A stretch of 63,949 nucleotides of DNA, filler included, from Collodictyon triciliatum (lineage: Eukaryota), in assembly GCA_043381765.1 (NCBI GenBank). It is 5 parts of 5 records of this genome, joined end to end, with 100 filler letters (N's around TTAATTAATTAA, not from the genome) between each part and the next. Parts side by side here need not be neighbours in the genome. Positions count along the whole stretch, not along the records: positions 40,207 to 56,575 come from JBHJMP010000486.1; positions 56,676 to 61,538 come from JBHJMP010000491.1; positions 61,639 to 63,949 come from JBHJMP010000608.1; 2 more parts are not named here. One strand, given 5' to 3'. Of this stretch, positions 47,504-61,778 are shown in pieces. Within the stretch, counting starts at the first letter, position 1. Each line of letters begins with the position of its first letter. The notes under the pieces were generated by a model, which saw only the letters and a list, made by a program, of their open reading frames with translations, had not been told where the DNA came from and did no database searches. A program made the translations under genes and the position numbers.

Positions 47504-50247
47504 TGTGTTCTGGAGAAGGTTCTTGGTTGGTTTTCGGTATCGATACCACCCGGTCGGACTTGTTGGAAAGAGATCTAGCTGCTTCTTGGCGAAAGTTACT
47601 GTGGTGTGGCTCTGACCCGCGATAAATTGTTATGACTGTGATTCTGAATGAGAATGTACTTTTTAGGGTATTTATCTTAATAAGAAAAAAATTACATATA
47701 TGGATTTATCCATTTTTCATGAGCAGCTGATACATTCAAAAATTTGATTGCGCAGACCACATCCGCCAATTCCACTCCCTATTTTATATATTCTTATAAT
47801 TTTATATTATTATTGCAATAATAGCTTATTTACTGAATATATAAAAATCCATGAAGAAAGAAAAGCACAATAGAGTTATTTTCCACATAAGAAATGTTCA
47901 GTTTGCTCCTATCGCAACGAGGAACTCATCCCAGTAAATTATGTTTCTTCCATTCCCCGAATCGGCCGTCGATTTTTCTTACGAACGCAGTGGAACTTTC
48001 GATTCCAAATGAGGCAATTGTCGCCAGACCAAAACTTTAACCGTGCATTTTCTTTCCAATTACCTCTCAACTTCTTTGATCTTTCTTTTTCTTTTTTTAG
48101 TTTTCCTATTTGGTCCGCGTCAAGGAGACAAACGTGGTGCGAGAGAGAGGAAAGCTTGCCAGATCACGTCATGAGGCAGAGAGCAACAGAAACGATATGG
48201 GACGATGGGAGACTTTGGCACTCAAAACGAGGCACATAAGCCTTGCAAAACAAATCAGAGCCAGAAGGGAACCACCTGCATCGCAGAAGATAGCATACGG
48301 AGCAGGAGACAGGGCAAAAGGTAAAGGGCTTAGCTCGGCAGGGTTCTGTGGTCACAGATAATATTTTGTTTATGGCCTGTAGATTTGTTTGCGATGAAAC
48401 TTGCGCAGTTGTAAGTATATTGGGTCGTTTAGACTTTGCTGCATCTTTCTTTCTTTCTTTCTTATTTGTGATATCATCACAATTTCTGCACAATAACTAA
48501 TTTTTTTTTAAAGCTCACTTTTAACGCGACTGGTAGATTCGAAATCCACGCTATTGATAGGGAACAATTAAAGAGACAGGAAAAGAAAAAGTAAAGTAAA
48601 AATATTGCGCTTGGCCGCAGCACAAAGGGGGTTGGGCGGGGTTTGGTGGAATTTGATGGCAACAAACAAATCAGTACCCACAATGATTTGGATTCTTCAT
48701 TTGCTTTTCTTCTTTTTTTTATTCTTTCGATTCAGACGTGGTTCCAGTGGACTTGCAAAACAAAGGAAATAAAGAACTTGACTTTCTTAATATATCCACG
48801 AGAGAGGGTGAATAAGTTCGATATCAGTTTCAGAGGCCAAGAAGTATATCAATAAGAACGAGGAGGACACAGTCCAAGTTTGGCGACCTTTCTGTCTATT
48901 CCACTTCGATGCTGTCTCTTCAAATACGGATTCAACCAATGCGCTTAATTTGCTATCTCTTTCTCATGCTCTCACTTCACTATATGAAGCCCTGCCTCAC
49001 AATTCCATCATAGTGCATGTTTTTTTTTGTTTTTATTTATTTATTTCCTTTGTTTACAGCAAGGTTTCTCCATCATCTCCGCCTTCTCTATCTTACCTAT
49101 TTTTTCCCCTATACTCACTGATCTCTCTTGCTCAGCCCTCAATTATTTTTTTTTTTACTTTAGCGATTCACCTGGCCTGCTTATTTACGAACCAGACCGG
49201 CTTGTATCAAACACCTCCATTGAAACTTTAAGTGAGGCGGTTTCGGTTGTGCTGGTTTGTTCCCCACAAGCTTTAGTCTCNNNNNNNNNNNNNNNNNNNN
49301 NNNNNNNNNNNNNNNNNNNNNNNNNNNNNNNNNNNNNNNNNNNNNNNNNNNNNNNNNNNNNNNNNNNNNNNNNNNNNNNNNNNNNNNNNNNNNNNNNNNN
49401 NNNNNNNNNNNNNNNNNNNNNNNNNNNNNNNNNNNNNNNNNNNNNNNNNNNNNNNNNNNNNNNNNNNNNNNNNNNNNNNNNNNNNNNNNNNNNNNNNNNN
49501 NNNNNNNNNNNNNNNNNNNNNNNNNNNNNNNNNNNNNNNNNNNNNNNNNNNNNNNNNNNNNNNNNNNNNNNNNNNNNNNNNNNNNNNNNNNNNNNNNNNN
49601 NNNNNNNNNNNNNNNNNNNNNNNNNNNNNNNNNNNNNNNNNNNNNNNNNNNNNNNNNNNNNNNNNNNNNNNNNNNNNNNNNNNNNNNNNNNNNNNNNNNN
49701 NNNNNNNNNNNNNNNNNNNNNNNNNNNNNNNNNNNNNNNNNNNNNNNNNNNNNNNNNNNNNNNNNNNNNNNNNNNNNNNNNNNNNNNNNNNNNNNNNNNN
49801 NNNNNNNNNNNNNNNNNNNNNNNNNNNNNNNNNNNNNNNNNNNNNNNNNNNNNNNNNNNNNNNNNNNNNNNNNNNNNNNNNNNNNNNNNNNNNNNNNNNN
49901 NNNNNNNNNNNNNNNNNNNNNNNNNNNNNNNNNNNNNNNNNNNNNNNNNNNNNNNNNNNNNNNNNNNNNNNNNNNNNNNNNNNNNNNNNNNNNNNNNNNN
50001 NNNNNNNNNNNNNNNNNNNNNNNNNNNNNNNNNNNNNNNNNNNNNNNNNNNNNNNNNNNNNNNNNNNNNNNNNNNNNNNNNNNNNNNNNNNNNNNNNNNN
50101 NNNNNNNNNNNNNNNNNNNNNNNNNNNNNNNNNNNNNNNNNNNNNNNNNNNNNNNNNNNNNNNNNNNNNNNNNNNNNNNNNNNNNNNNNNNNNNNNNNNN
50201 NNNNNNNNNNNNNNNNNNNNNNNNNNNNNNNNNNNNNNNNNNNNNNN

Positions 50248-52715
50248 ATTGTCGTCCTCTATTTTACCAGTTTCCTCTGCTTCATCGGAAGATTCCACGT
50301 TTTGAATGGATAAATCGACGGTTTCCTACGTCCAGGGAAAAAATGAGGAAAGAAACAATTACGCAATGAGTTGTTTTTTATTCATAAATTCAAAAGCTAG
50401 ACTTTGAAACTCAAGTGTTGAGAAACTTATACATGGTCATCTTGGATGTTTGATGGTGCTGACCCAGGAGTGACTAGCACTTGCATTTGATGAGACTCTT
50501 GAGTGTTAAGAGAGTTTGGTTTTGCTGCTGGTCTCATGGTGGTCTATCAGATGCAAATGCAGTGAAATCTTTATTGTGATGTAAATAAAAAAAAAAATCG
50601 ATTGTAGATCTAATCTTAGATTATATGGGTTCGATTGGAAATTATACCTTCGCAAAGGGCACATAATCCTGGTCGTTTGGTGGTGCCTTGGTTGGATGTG
50701 GGAGGATGGAACTAACTTCGCTGGGCTATTTTATATAAATGCAAAGCAAACTAGTCAACCGTAGCCATAATACAAATGCATTACGTTGAATAATGTAGAA
50801 ACTATTCAGATGGAGGAAAATATGAGTTTAACTCTCGATGAGCAGAATTTTTACTCGAATATCCTTGATTTCATAGAGCTTGAAGATGTCGTCCATCTTA
50901 TCACCAAATGCCTGGCTGATTGCTTTCGTCATTGAGACGTAAGACTTTAACAAGGGCGTCAAAACGCATGTTGGTTTCGATTCCTAACAACCAATTTTAT
51001 AGAAGCAAAATTCAGGGATTTAGAAGATTAAAAGAGTAAAAAGAGTAAAAAGAGTAAAAAGAGTAAAAAGAGTAAAAAGAGTAAAAAGAGTAAAAAGAGT
51101 AAAAAGAGTAAAAAAAGAGTAAAAAAAGAGTAAANNNNNNNNNNNNNNNNNNNNNNNNNNNNNNNNNNNNNNNNNNNNNNNNNNNNNNNNNNNNNNNNNN
51201 NNNNNNNNNNNNNNNNNNNNNNNNNNNNNNNNNNAGAGTAAAAAAAGAGTAAAAAAAGAGTAAAAAAAAGAGTAAAAAAAGAGTAAAAAAAGAGTAAAAA
51301 AAAAAGAGTAAAAAAAAGAGTAAAAAAAGAGTAAAAAAAGAGTAAAAAAAAGAGTAAAAAATATATCATCATTGTAGTGAACGCACCTCTTCGTCATCAA
51401 ACTCTGTGGGTTGAGTCAAAACTAGCAAAGCCCCCCAAAGAGTTTCTGTTGTTCTAACAAATGAGTTTCTCAAAGGTTCATCTTCAGAATCTCCAGCAGC
51501 ATTGATCAATAACTGCAGAGGCTATTAGCCAAATTAACATCTGAAACTAAATTACCAATACACATAAACATGGATTTTTTTCTCTTAATGCTTACCTCAT
51601 CCAATAAAATGAGCTTGGAGTTAATGATGTCGATTAGTTTTAGAGTAGCGGACTTAATTTCAGGAGCGCAAGCGCGAAACTCTGCTAAAATGACTTCGGT
51701 GTAATGAATCTGATTATGCTTATCCTGTCCCTTTAGCGATTCAGTAGGCCGTGAAACTTCTTGTGTCAGCTGGGGTTCAGTCAATTGGATGTGTATTGAT
51801 GCCGATAACATTTCCGTTTCTGTTTTGGATGCGGGGCAAACTAAAAGCATAACTGCTGCGAGAATGTCGACAAGGCAACTCGCCAGCAAGAGGCGATGCA
51901 GTTCCAAGTCAGCCGCCGTGAATTTGACTTCTGGAGTCTTTGATTTCTGCTGCTTGTCAGAAAGAAAAGTTTAGAGAGAATAAAAGAGAGAGAGGAAGAT
52001 AAACTTAAATGAACACGAGTAAAAGCAGATTCATCCTAAAAACCTTTGGAGTATCAGCAGAAAAGACATCGTGTATTTTTTGAAAATATTTTTTCCGGTG
52101 GCCAACCACAAGCTTCATCATCTCCAAATACAAATCCAGATGCTCTGCAAACGACTGCGACGCACGCAACATATGTTCTTGGGCCAGCAACGAAGCATCT
52201 TGCACACCTTGAAACTCTCCACCCCCGAGAATGCCACTATTTCGGTTCGAGACAGACTCACAAAACTCGGCCAAGTCCGAACCAAAGCGCCGCGCGTGAC
52301 GCAAAGCCCGACTCCGTGCAGGATGCGCATTCGAGTGGGATGCGTTTGGCATGAGCCCTCCATACGCTATCTGCGGCCAACTCAGAACCGCCAATGCTTG
52401 TGCAAAGCCCACGAGACTCGGCTGAAGCCGCTCGATGATCGAGCCGTGGGGAAAGCGATGCGGACCGTGCGTACTTGACCCGTCGTGTGCGGCGCTTTGT
52501 GTGAGGGCGATTCCTGCGCGGTTGAGTCGCTGCGCAAGGCTGGAGAGAAACCCTGCCTGAGAAGGGCCGGCATCAACGCTTGCGTCTGCAGGGGTTGTGC
52601 CAGACGTGCTCGAGTAAGTTGACGCTGAGTACGACACAGACGACGCGACTGATTCACGGGCTGCTGTGTTGGTTGCAGCGCGGTCTGACTTGAAAAGATT
52701 CCGCAGGGTTGACAT
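50248..52715 (-). CDS. Uncharacterised helical protein, at least 7 exons, running into the gap at 49281-50247
   Basis: ATG 52715 and six consecutive phase-0 GT-AG introns give one open frame up to the gap. No motif recognised. Confidence 0.65.
51030..51360. repeat. (AAAAAGAGT)n intronic repeat
   Basis: Read directly. Confidence 0.93.
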
Positions 52716-53857
52716 TCCGCCTGCAGGGTTTTGTTTTTGTTGATTGTTGACACAGGCTCAACAGCTAAGATTGTTAGGATATAAAAAGAAAATAGTTTTG
52801 CTTTTGTTTTTGTTGGTTTTTGTGAGCCTCTGCTATTGATAAAAAAAAAAAAAAGTGATCTGACAGCAGCTATTTTTGTCTGCCTTTCCTGGATCTGTCA
52901 TTTGCGGCTGGCAAGGTGCTGCGCGGAGATATTTATACAGTACTTATTATTCCAGACAATGGCACAGACTTTCTTAATGTGGAATTTAAAGGGAAATTCA
53001 ATTTAAATCCGTTTATGCGCTTTTTTGATAATGACACATATTTTAATTGCGCACTAAAATAGATATACCTTTTTTTTTGGTAAACGTGGTTCGCTGGTAT
53101 CCAAGGTACCATCGCTTTTTTCACGGATGCTGCGTAGTGGTGAAGTCTATTGAGAAAGACCCAACATCCTATTTTTTAAATCGAGGTGCGCGAGTTTTTT
53201 TTGAAGGGTTAAAAGAAAAGCGGTTGGTTGGACGGTTGACTCCGAAAGGCTGCTTTATTATCATCAGGTGCGCGGTGGTGTGTTGCCTAAAAGGATTCCC
53301 AAACACACTCACGGCTCCTCGTCTCCAGGAGAAACAATCTCATAGTTAATGTCCTGGGGTATATGCTTGAAGTCTATCTGGTAGAAGGGACAGTCGGGTG
53401 ATATCTGTTTTGCCCGGATAAAGTCCTTTGCTGCCGCTGTGTAGTTATCTGTGCGTTTCCAATGTTAAAACACAGTGTTTGTAGGGAACAGATGGGTTTC
53501 TATTGTGAGGCCGACTAAATCGTGTTACAATAATTGAGAGCTTATCTTTCAGATGGAATTACCGAGACTGCGGTAGCAGAACCCTCTTCGAAAATGTGCG
53601 TTGCCATTATTTGGAGACGGATCGAAATATAATAGTAGAAAACTAATAAATCAATGCTCGTCACTTCTGAACATTTTTTTTTGATTAAGCAGTGTCATTT
53701 AAAACGTAACACTATCCCATGCACAGATACACATGTAGAAAAAAAAGGGATGATGGGAATTTTAGTGTTTAAGGTTTATTCCATCCACACTTTTAAGGCA
53801 CCACATTTCTCTCTTTCCTTGCCGATTTTTTCTCAATCGTGCTCTTCAATAACACTG

Positions 53858-56388
53858 TCATTCAATTTTGCCGAATATTTGAATGCGGTGATTTCCATAC
53901 TCACAAACATAGAGTTTCTGATTCTGTCCAAAGCAGACTCCCATCGGACTATTAAAGTGTCCATCATTTGAAGACTGCGGCGATGTCCCGAATGTATGAG
54001 AAACAACGTTGTCTTTTGTCGAGTCGTAAACACGGATGTGATGATTATGATAATCGCTAACCAGGATTGTGTTGTTTGGACCCTCTGCAATCGAAACATG
54101 GCTAGTCACTTTGGTAATCTTCACCGTGCGCAGAAATACTCCCATCACATCATAAACGTTGATTCTGTCTCCGCCACCAAATCCAACCACACACACTTCG
54201 TTCTTTGAAGTCACGCAAATGCCCTCCGGTTTTGCAATTCCTTTATCACCAGAAGATGGCTGTGCAAATGAGCGTTCGTACTCAAACACCCGGTTGAACT
54301 TATCCACTTGATTCTTGCCACGGTTTGCAACAAAAAGATTGCCTTCAACGTCGAAGCACATATTCATCGGATTAGAAAATCCACCAAACTCACCCAATTC
54401 TTTACTTTGTGGACTTCTTTTGCGACCCGATTGGATAGTCTCAACCACACTGAAGTTTTCATCAAATATTTGCACACGATTTCCACTGAATTCGCTGACA
54501 GCAATGCGTCCATCAAGTGAAATGGCAATTCCCCTTGGTTGATTGAATTGACCGGGGCCTGAGCCATTCATGCCGAACGTGCGATAAAAGCTCAAATCCT
54601 CGTTCAGCACTTGAACACGATGGTTGCTGTACTCAACAACAAATATCTGCTTCGTCTTTGGATGAACTGCAATTCCCCATGGGGCTGAAAACTGCTGATT
54701 TCCACTTCCCTGTGACCCGACCTTCTTGTGAAAAACATAGTCTCTGATGTTGTATCTCCATGCCTTCTGGTACAAGTCCACACCCATTCTCATTTTCAGC
54801 TCTTCCTCCGCCTTTGCAATCCGCTCCTTCATCGCGTGATACTCTTGCACTTCGCCTTCCAGTTTCTTCATTTGCTCCTCTCTCTCGTCCATGCGTCTCT
54901 GCCACTCCGCGTTTTCCCTTCGAAGCTCTTCCAAGTCTGACTCGCATTTTGCGTGTATTTCCTTCGTCACAAGAGCTCCACTTTCTCCAATCACAAGATT
55001 CCCACCAATCTCAATACTTTCTTTCAATTGCTGCACATCCACACTACCGACTTCTTCGATTGGTATTTCGATGGCCACACATGCAAAGATCGCACTCTTG
55101 AAAAGCTTCGTTGCAACGCGCTCGCGCTCGTAGATTTCTTTCGACTCCTTCAGCATAGCGATTGAGTGCTTCATAATATTCTCTGTGGCCTCTATTTTGT
55201 GTCGTGTGTATTCGATAACATCACTTGCAGGTTGGAAGGTCGCTTTCACCTAGATAATTTTATTTTATTTTATTTTTTTTTTAAAAAAAAGGGACTCTTA
55301 GCGACGAATTCATTACATGGTTTGCAAACCGCTTTTGATTCTCATTACATATATTTTTTTAAAAAAAGAGTTAACTTAAAGTATATATTACAGTTTCGGT
55401 CAGCGCTTCCTTAAATTGTGCCGCTTTTTGGACAATATCGCCATGCCACTTGTCAACCTTCGCGAGCTGCTCTTCCTCCTCTTGATTTATCTGGTAAATG
55501 ATGTTATGGAAAAAATCAATATATAATCAATTAAAAATCAATAGTCTACTTTCAATATAAAGAACAAAAAACCTTTTTCATCTCGCTTTCGACTTTTGCC
55601 TTCATTTCAGCCATTCTGCTGATTTTTTTTTCGGCTCCATCGATAAGCTGGTCTTCTTTAATCGCCTCGTACTTGATTTTCTCAACTTCGATGTATTCGT
55701 GCACTTTGGAGGTCTTCAGGTCAACATTTTCACAAGTAGAGCACATTTCAGTCACAGGCCAGCATTGTTTGCAGACTGAGATGATGGGAAGCTTGTGTAG
55801 AATACATTCGCGCATGTTTATTCCGTGCTTCGCTCCAACTTCAAGCAGCGTACTTTAGAATGTGAATTACCATGATTATATACCCACTACATCAAATTAA
55901 GGAATACGGTAATCATATTTACGTAGAATAAGGAATGAAGAAAAGAAGTAAAAGAAGGAAAAGAAGGAAAAGAAGGAAAAGAAGGAAAAGAAGGAAAAGA
56001 AGGAAAAGAAGATAACTCACATAACTTCGTGATTCATTGTTCTCTTCTGTTTGGAGTGATACTTCTCATGGCATTCTTCACAAAGCAAGCCGCAACCATT
56101 CTTACATACTAAGGACGGTTCGCTCGGGCAATCAATACATTCCTCTTTTTTCTTGGGATCTCTCAGCGAAACAAGTTGGTCGTGGTATGCTGAGTTTGGA
56201 TGCGGATTTTCCTGGGACGCGGCTGCAAACTCGACCAGACAAACGGGACACGCTAGTTTTCTACTTGTGTTTTGAGCCAGTTTCTCGGTCTTCGAAACGC
56301 AATCGCGACAGAAAACGTGTCCACACGGAAGCTTTGAGGTGTTTTCAAAGGTTTTGTGGCAGGTTGGGCAGTTGCATTCGCTCTCCAT
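53858..56388 (-). CDS. TRIM-NHL-type protein (RING, two B-box-like domains, coiled coil, about 6 NHL repeats), 4 exons
   Basis: RING CPTC..LPCGHVFCRDC..ACPVC. B-box-like CIDC..CKNGC..LCEECHEKYH..NH and CILH..CKQC..MCSTC..H. NHL repeats FSAPWGIAV..NHRVQV, FNQPRGIAI, FSNPMNMCFD and FNSPMGVC..NHRIQIF. Confidence 0.9.
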
Positions 56389-57056
56389 CTTCGGGCGCTG
56401 TTGGCAGAGCTTTTAATCAGTCGTAAATAATAATAAAATAATTACAAAGAAATGAGGAGAAAAGGAAATATAATGAGAGAAGAGAAGAGAAGAGAAGAGA
56501 AGAGAAGAGAAGAGAAGAGAAGAGAAGAGAAGAGAAGAGAAGAGAAGAGAAGAGAAGAGAAGAGAAGAGAAGAGANNNNNNNNNNNNNNNNNNNNNNNNN
56601 NNNNNNNNNNNNNNNNNNNTTAATTAATTAANNNNNNNNNNNNNNNNNNNNNNNNNNNNNNNNNNNNNNNNNNNNTCTCTTTTTCTCTTTTTCTCTCTTT
56701 CTCTCTTTCTCTCTTTCTCTCTTTCTCTCTTTCTCTCTTCCCCTCTTTCTCTCTTTCTCTCTTTCTCTCTTTCTCTCTTTCTCTCTTTCTCTCTTTCTCT
56801 CTTTCTCTCTTTCTCTCTTTCTCTCTTTCTCTCTTTCTCTCTTTCCTGTCTCTCTCAACTCTCTCATCCATGCATTAATATAATCAGAAATACAATAACC
56901 CTACAACAAAGTATTTCTCGAAGGGCGCTTGAATGGAACGACGTGAGTTCGTCACAATTCCTTCTCATATAAATATTCAGTCTTATGATTAGCAAGTGAG
57001 TGCCACTGAGCTTTCTTACTGATAATCAAGAAAATCTATTAGGCAATAAAAGCCCC

Positions 57057-58554
57057 ATGAACTCTGGCTCGTTCGGACAAAGAAGAGGCTCTACTCCGAA
57101 AGATGAGACTGGGTACTGCTTTATCTCAGAGACACTGAGCCGCCTTATTATTTTCCTCAATATTGCGTTCTCATGTGCCGATGTACTGTTTTTAGTGTTT
57201 ACTCATGTAGATTGTCATCAATTTTTGTATGCTTTTTTCTGCTATTTATTCACAATTTTGGTGATTCAATGTCTAATCACGTTGTTTATCGCGAATCCAT
57301 CATCACAGACCCGGGTACGATAGTCAGCCATATGGTTCACAGGAGACTTACGTCCCTTCGAACCGGGGTCCTTCTCCTCGAATCCCTACGCGCGGTACGT
57401 CTCCTCGTGCATTACCCAGGCGACCATCCGCTTCGTCGCCCTCAATGCCACAAGTATGGTTGTGTTGTTGGTGAACAAAACTAGTTTTTGTTTTTGTTTT
57501 ACAATTTTCGTCAATGATATCTGTTGTGTACTATTTTCTTTTCATATTTATATTTCAAGTTTTTACAGAGATAACAGAATGTACTTAGCCCAGAAAAAAT
57601 AAACTTTGGTCAAAACATGTCGTAACTTCGTGATGAATTTTTTTTTTCGTTTTTTGTTTTTTTGTTTTTTTGTTTTTTTGTTTTTTTGTTTTTTGTTTTT
57701 TGTTTTTTGTTTTTGTTTTTTGTTTTTTCAAAGTTTTTGAGATTACATTGTGTAGTCATCTTCATTCGGGGAGATACAGACAAATCAGCAGCAATCTGCA
57801 CGTACAACCCCAAATGGGATTCGTCGCCCGTCGCCATCTGCAGATTACAATCCTCTCGATGCATACGCTGGTCTCTCTGCAAAGTCACAGTCATCCCGAA
57901 AAGCACCTCACCAAACATCGTCACATGAACCCTCTGATCAATATGGCGCGGTCTCTGCCCCGATAATTCGAAAAGCAAATGTTCCGGTCAGAAGCACGCA
58001 TTTGTAAGTTACATTCTAACACCAGAATAAACTTAGCCATTATGATAGTATGGCCTTTATGTTGTCATCGTTTTCATGTACTAATCTAAATATTTCAACA
58101 GGCAGCAAAACCGCGTCATCACTCAGACTGACCCTCAAGCCTCTTATTCTTTCCACCCAAGCTGGAGAACTGGTCCTGTAGATCCTGCTGGCCTATTATT
58201 TGATGCGTCGGACAGAAATGTAGCTAAATTATAATTTATGCTTCTTTTTGTCGAGAACGTTTACCCAATAGCTCTTATACTTAGGCTCTCATTAATTTTC
58301 CTTTAATGATACAATTGTTAGTGTAAATATGATTGTACATGGAGTTTCTGTGTTATTTGTCTTTGTCTTTGTCTTTGTCTTTGTCTTTGTCTTTGTCTTT
58401 GTCTTTGTCTTTGTCTTTGTCTTTGTCTTTGTCTTTGTCTTTGTCTTTGTCTTTNNNNNNNNNNNNNNNNNNNNNNNNNNNNNNNNNNNNNNNNNNNNNN
58501 NNNNNNNNNNNNNNNNNNNNNNNNNNNNNNNNNNNNNNNNNNNNNNNNNNNNNN

Positions 58555-58631
<77 letters not shown>

Positions 58632-59242
58632 CTTTTTTTTCTTTTTCTTTGCTGCTGTGACTGTAATATTCAAGCTCGCCTTTTTTTTAAAAAAAAAAGT
58701 TTAAGATGAAAGTTCGTACGGTAGCTTACGTTAGTTTACTGATTACAATGATACATAGATCCTTTGCATGGATGTACAAGGAGATAAAGCTGTGATCGGA
58801 TCTGCTGATCACGGGCTTAAGATATTTAACGTTAATACCGGAAAACTTGACCGCGAGCTGTACACAAAGAAATACGGACATACAGAATGGGTAACCTGTG
58901 TCCAATATCTTACAGATGGAAGAATTATTTCTGGCGGGATGGATTCAAAACTTTGTTTATGGGATGCACGTGGGGTTCGTTGTATAGACTTAGCAGACCA
59001 TATGTAAGATATGCTTTTTTTTAAAAAAAAAAATTAATAAAGACAATTTTTTAAAACATATTCCATAATTTTTTTTCATTCAAATCACCACTGTTTCAGT
59101 CTGTAAAAACCCACGATTTCCTAATTTTATCGGACAAGCGAATGAACACTAGTAAATTATATTTTACCACTTAACAGAATATCGAAAGGGTGAATCTATG
59201 TAAATTAAAAATAACTTTGTTTTTGTTTTTGTTTTTGTTTTG

Positions 59243-59274
<32 letters not shown>

Positions 59275-60944
59275 TGTTTTTTTCTTTTTGTTTTTGTTTT
59301 TGTTTTTGTTTTTGTTTTTGTTTTTGTTTTTGTTTTTGTTTTTGTTTTTGTTTTTGTTTTTGTTTTTGTTTTGTACATAGGGCATCTATCTCTGCTGTTC
59401 GTGCAAACAGTCAGGACATGATTGCTAGCTCTTCTTATGATAAAACAATCAAACTGTATGAACCTAGGAGAGCGCAGTGCGTGGGATCCCTTGAGGGCCA
59501 CAGGTATTACTTATGCTATGGTTGATTGCTAGATGAAATCAAACCAATTGAAAATAATTGATAAAAATAAGTATGCACAAGTGATAATAATAATAATAAT
59601 AATATATTACAGGTCCGCAATTCTTAATTTTGTGTGGTCCTCACTCGATTCGATTGTTAGTGGAGATCGAGATGGGGGCGTTCGTGCTTGGGTGCGCTAT
59701 TATATTTGTCTTGATATTTATTGATACACTATGTACGTCGCATCATCAGAAAATATACGTTCTGAGCTTTGAAATTTTGGAGAGTAAGGCCAAAATTGCA
59801 AAATTGCTTCTTTAAATAAAAATCATGTCCATACACAAGAGCGTTTCTGCTGGCAGAGAAAGCAGGGTACTAAAGAAAGAAAGTAGTGGGAGACAGCAGA
59901 ATCCTGTAACCGCGATGGAAAACCTAGGAAACATGGACCAAAACACTGTCTTTACTGGCTCTCAGGTTTACATAGTTCATTCCCCTCTATGGTTTTTTTG
60001 AATCGGCTTTTGTTCATTTTTTTCATTTGTTTATATTTTTCTTTTATTTTTGGTTTAAAATATTATTTTTTCATCTGTTCTCTACGTTTTAGGATGGAGT
60101 GATGCGAACTTGGGATATCAGAACCGGTGAGTGTGCCAATCAAGTGGTTGCGCACCCAGGTGGAGCTGTGAATGACATCAAGGTTGTTTTAGGAAAACTT
60201 GAATTAGTCACAGCAGGGGCTGACAAAAAACTAAAGGTCGGTCGAATATAAATCACTAAAAGATATTACACCTTTTCTCTCCTATATATTATTGAAAGCA
60301 GCAATTGTTTTAAAATGGTCATTTTGATCCAAAAAAAAATTTAAGTCTATGTGTCTGTGTAGTAAAAAAAAAAAAAAAAACCAGTAAAAGCAATGGAGAG
60401 CAATCATCTATTGAATATCAGGAGAGAAAAGGAATAGATGGCAAATTTGGCCTACCCTGTAATATGTATTTTATAGGTATGGGATTTGAGAATGTCGTAT
60501 GCAGTAAGACAAACCATGGGTGAACACAGGGATTTTATCTACTCTCTGGCTACGACTGATTCACTTTCCTGCAGCGGAGGCGGGGACGGATCACTTCTGG
60601 TTCATGACTTGAATACAGGTTCTTGACTGAGAAAAGGAAAGTTGGATAGAAGAAACAAATAATCGTAGTTTACGTAAAATTAATCCACTCACGATTTTCC
60701 CTACTGTAACTTTGAAATGAGACTCATCGACTTCTGTCATCAGGATCAGAAATATCAATATTATTCCTTACCATTTGCCATCTTAGCCAACCCCTTTTAA
60801 TATATACACACACGCAAACATAAAGGACGTTGCCTTTATGGACTTGGGGCCAATCGAGCTGCTGTTCGCTGTATTGCTTGCCTTCCTGAGAATCTGGTTG
60901 CTGCTGGAGATGATGGAAAAGCTATTGTTTACCGATTTATGTAG
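57057..60944 (+). CDS. WD40-repeat protein with S/P-rich N-terminus, 11 exons
   Basis: Spliced frame includes GSADHGLKIFN, GHTEWVTCV..SGGMDSKLCLWD, SSSYDKTIKLYE, GSQDGVMRTWD, AGADKKLKVWD and AAGDDGKAIVY. Stop TAG is at 60942-60944. Confidence 0.88.
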
Positions 60945-61443
60945 ATACACCTAAATAGTCGATTGCTGGACAATTATAAGATTATCTGATATGCAGATAG
61001 TATATCTTCATACTATTCTGTTCAGAGTGCTCATTTATCAAACTCTTAATTTTTACTCTTTAATCTTTATAATTAAAAATTCCTTTATTCGACCTAAAAT
61101 ATTCATTAAAAATTAAAATAAACCAAAACAAATTACATGAAAAGTACGTAGTGTTACATTTCTTTAATTAAAGTATTCAGAAAGGTATTATCTGGATTGT
61201 TATATTTTCTTTTTCACACAAAAGATAACAAAGGACTATAACAATTTTAATGCGATTATTTTTACTTTGCCCACCAAATAATATCGCTTATCAGTCATCC
61301 AAATTTATTGAAGTTTTTTAGTCATCCATGTCAACTTTTATTCTTTTGTTAACACAGCAAAGCAATGCATAATACATTTATCCTCTCAAAGTCTGCTCTT
61401 TTGCAATGAAAGGTTTGTTGATCTTTGTCCTGTGGTAGCTTTA

Positions 61444-61538
<95 letters not shown>

Positions 61539-61778
61539 NNNNNNNNNNNNNNNNNNNNNNNNNNNNNNNNNNNNNNNNNNNNTTAATTAATTAANNNNNN
61601 NNNNNNNNNNNNNNNNNNNNNNNNNNNNNNNNNNNNNNGTTCGACAGAGATTTTGGGATAAGGGTGCTGTCTGGAGTAGAATAGGAAAAGGAAAGGAGAC
61701 AGACATTGGAGGCAGAAGCAAAAAGAATGAGTGATGAAGGCTGGGCGATGAAAGGGAGAGGTTAGGGAGAACAAAAAG

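Noticed and set aside
48110..48855. Plus-strand gene divergent from RPL4
   Set aside because: Plausible splice sites exist, but I found no consistent or recognisable reading frame.
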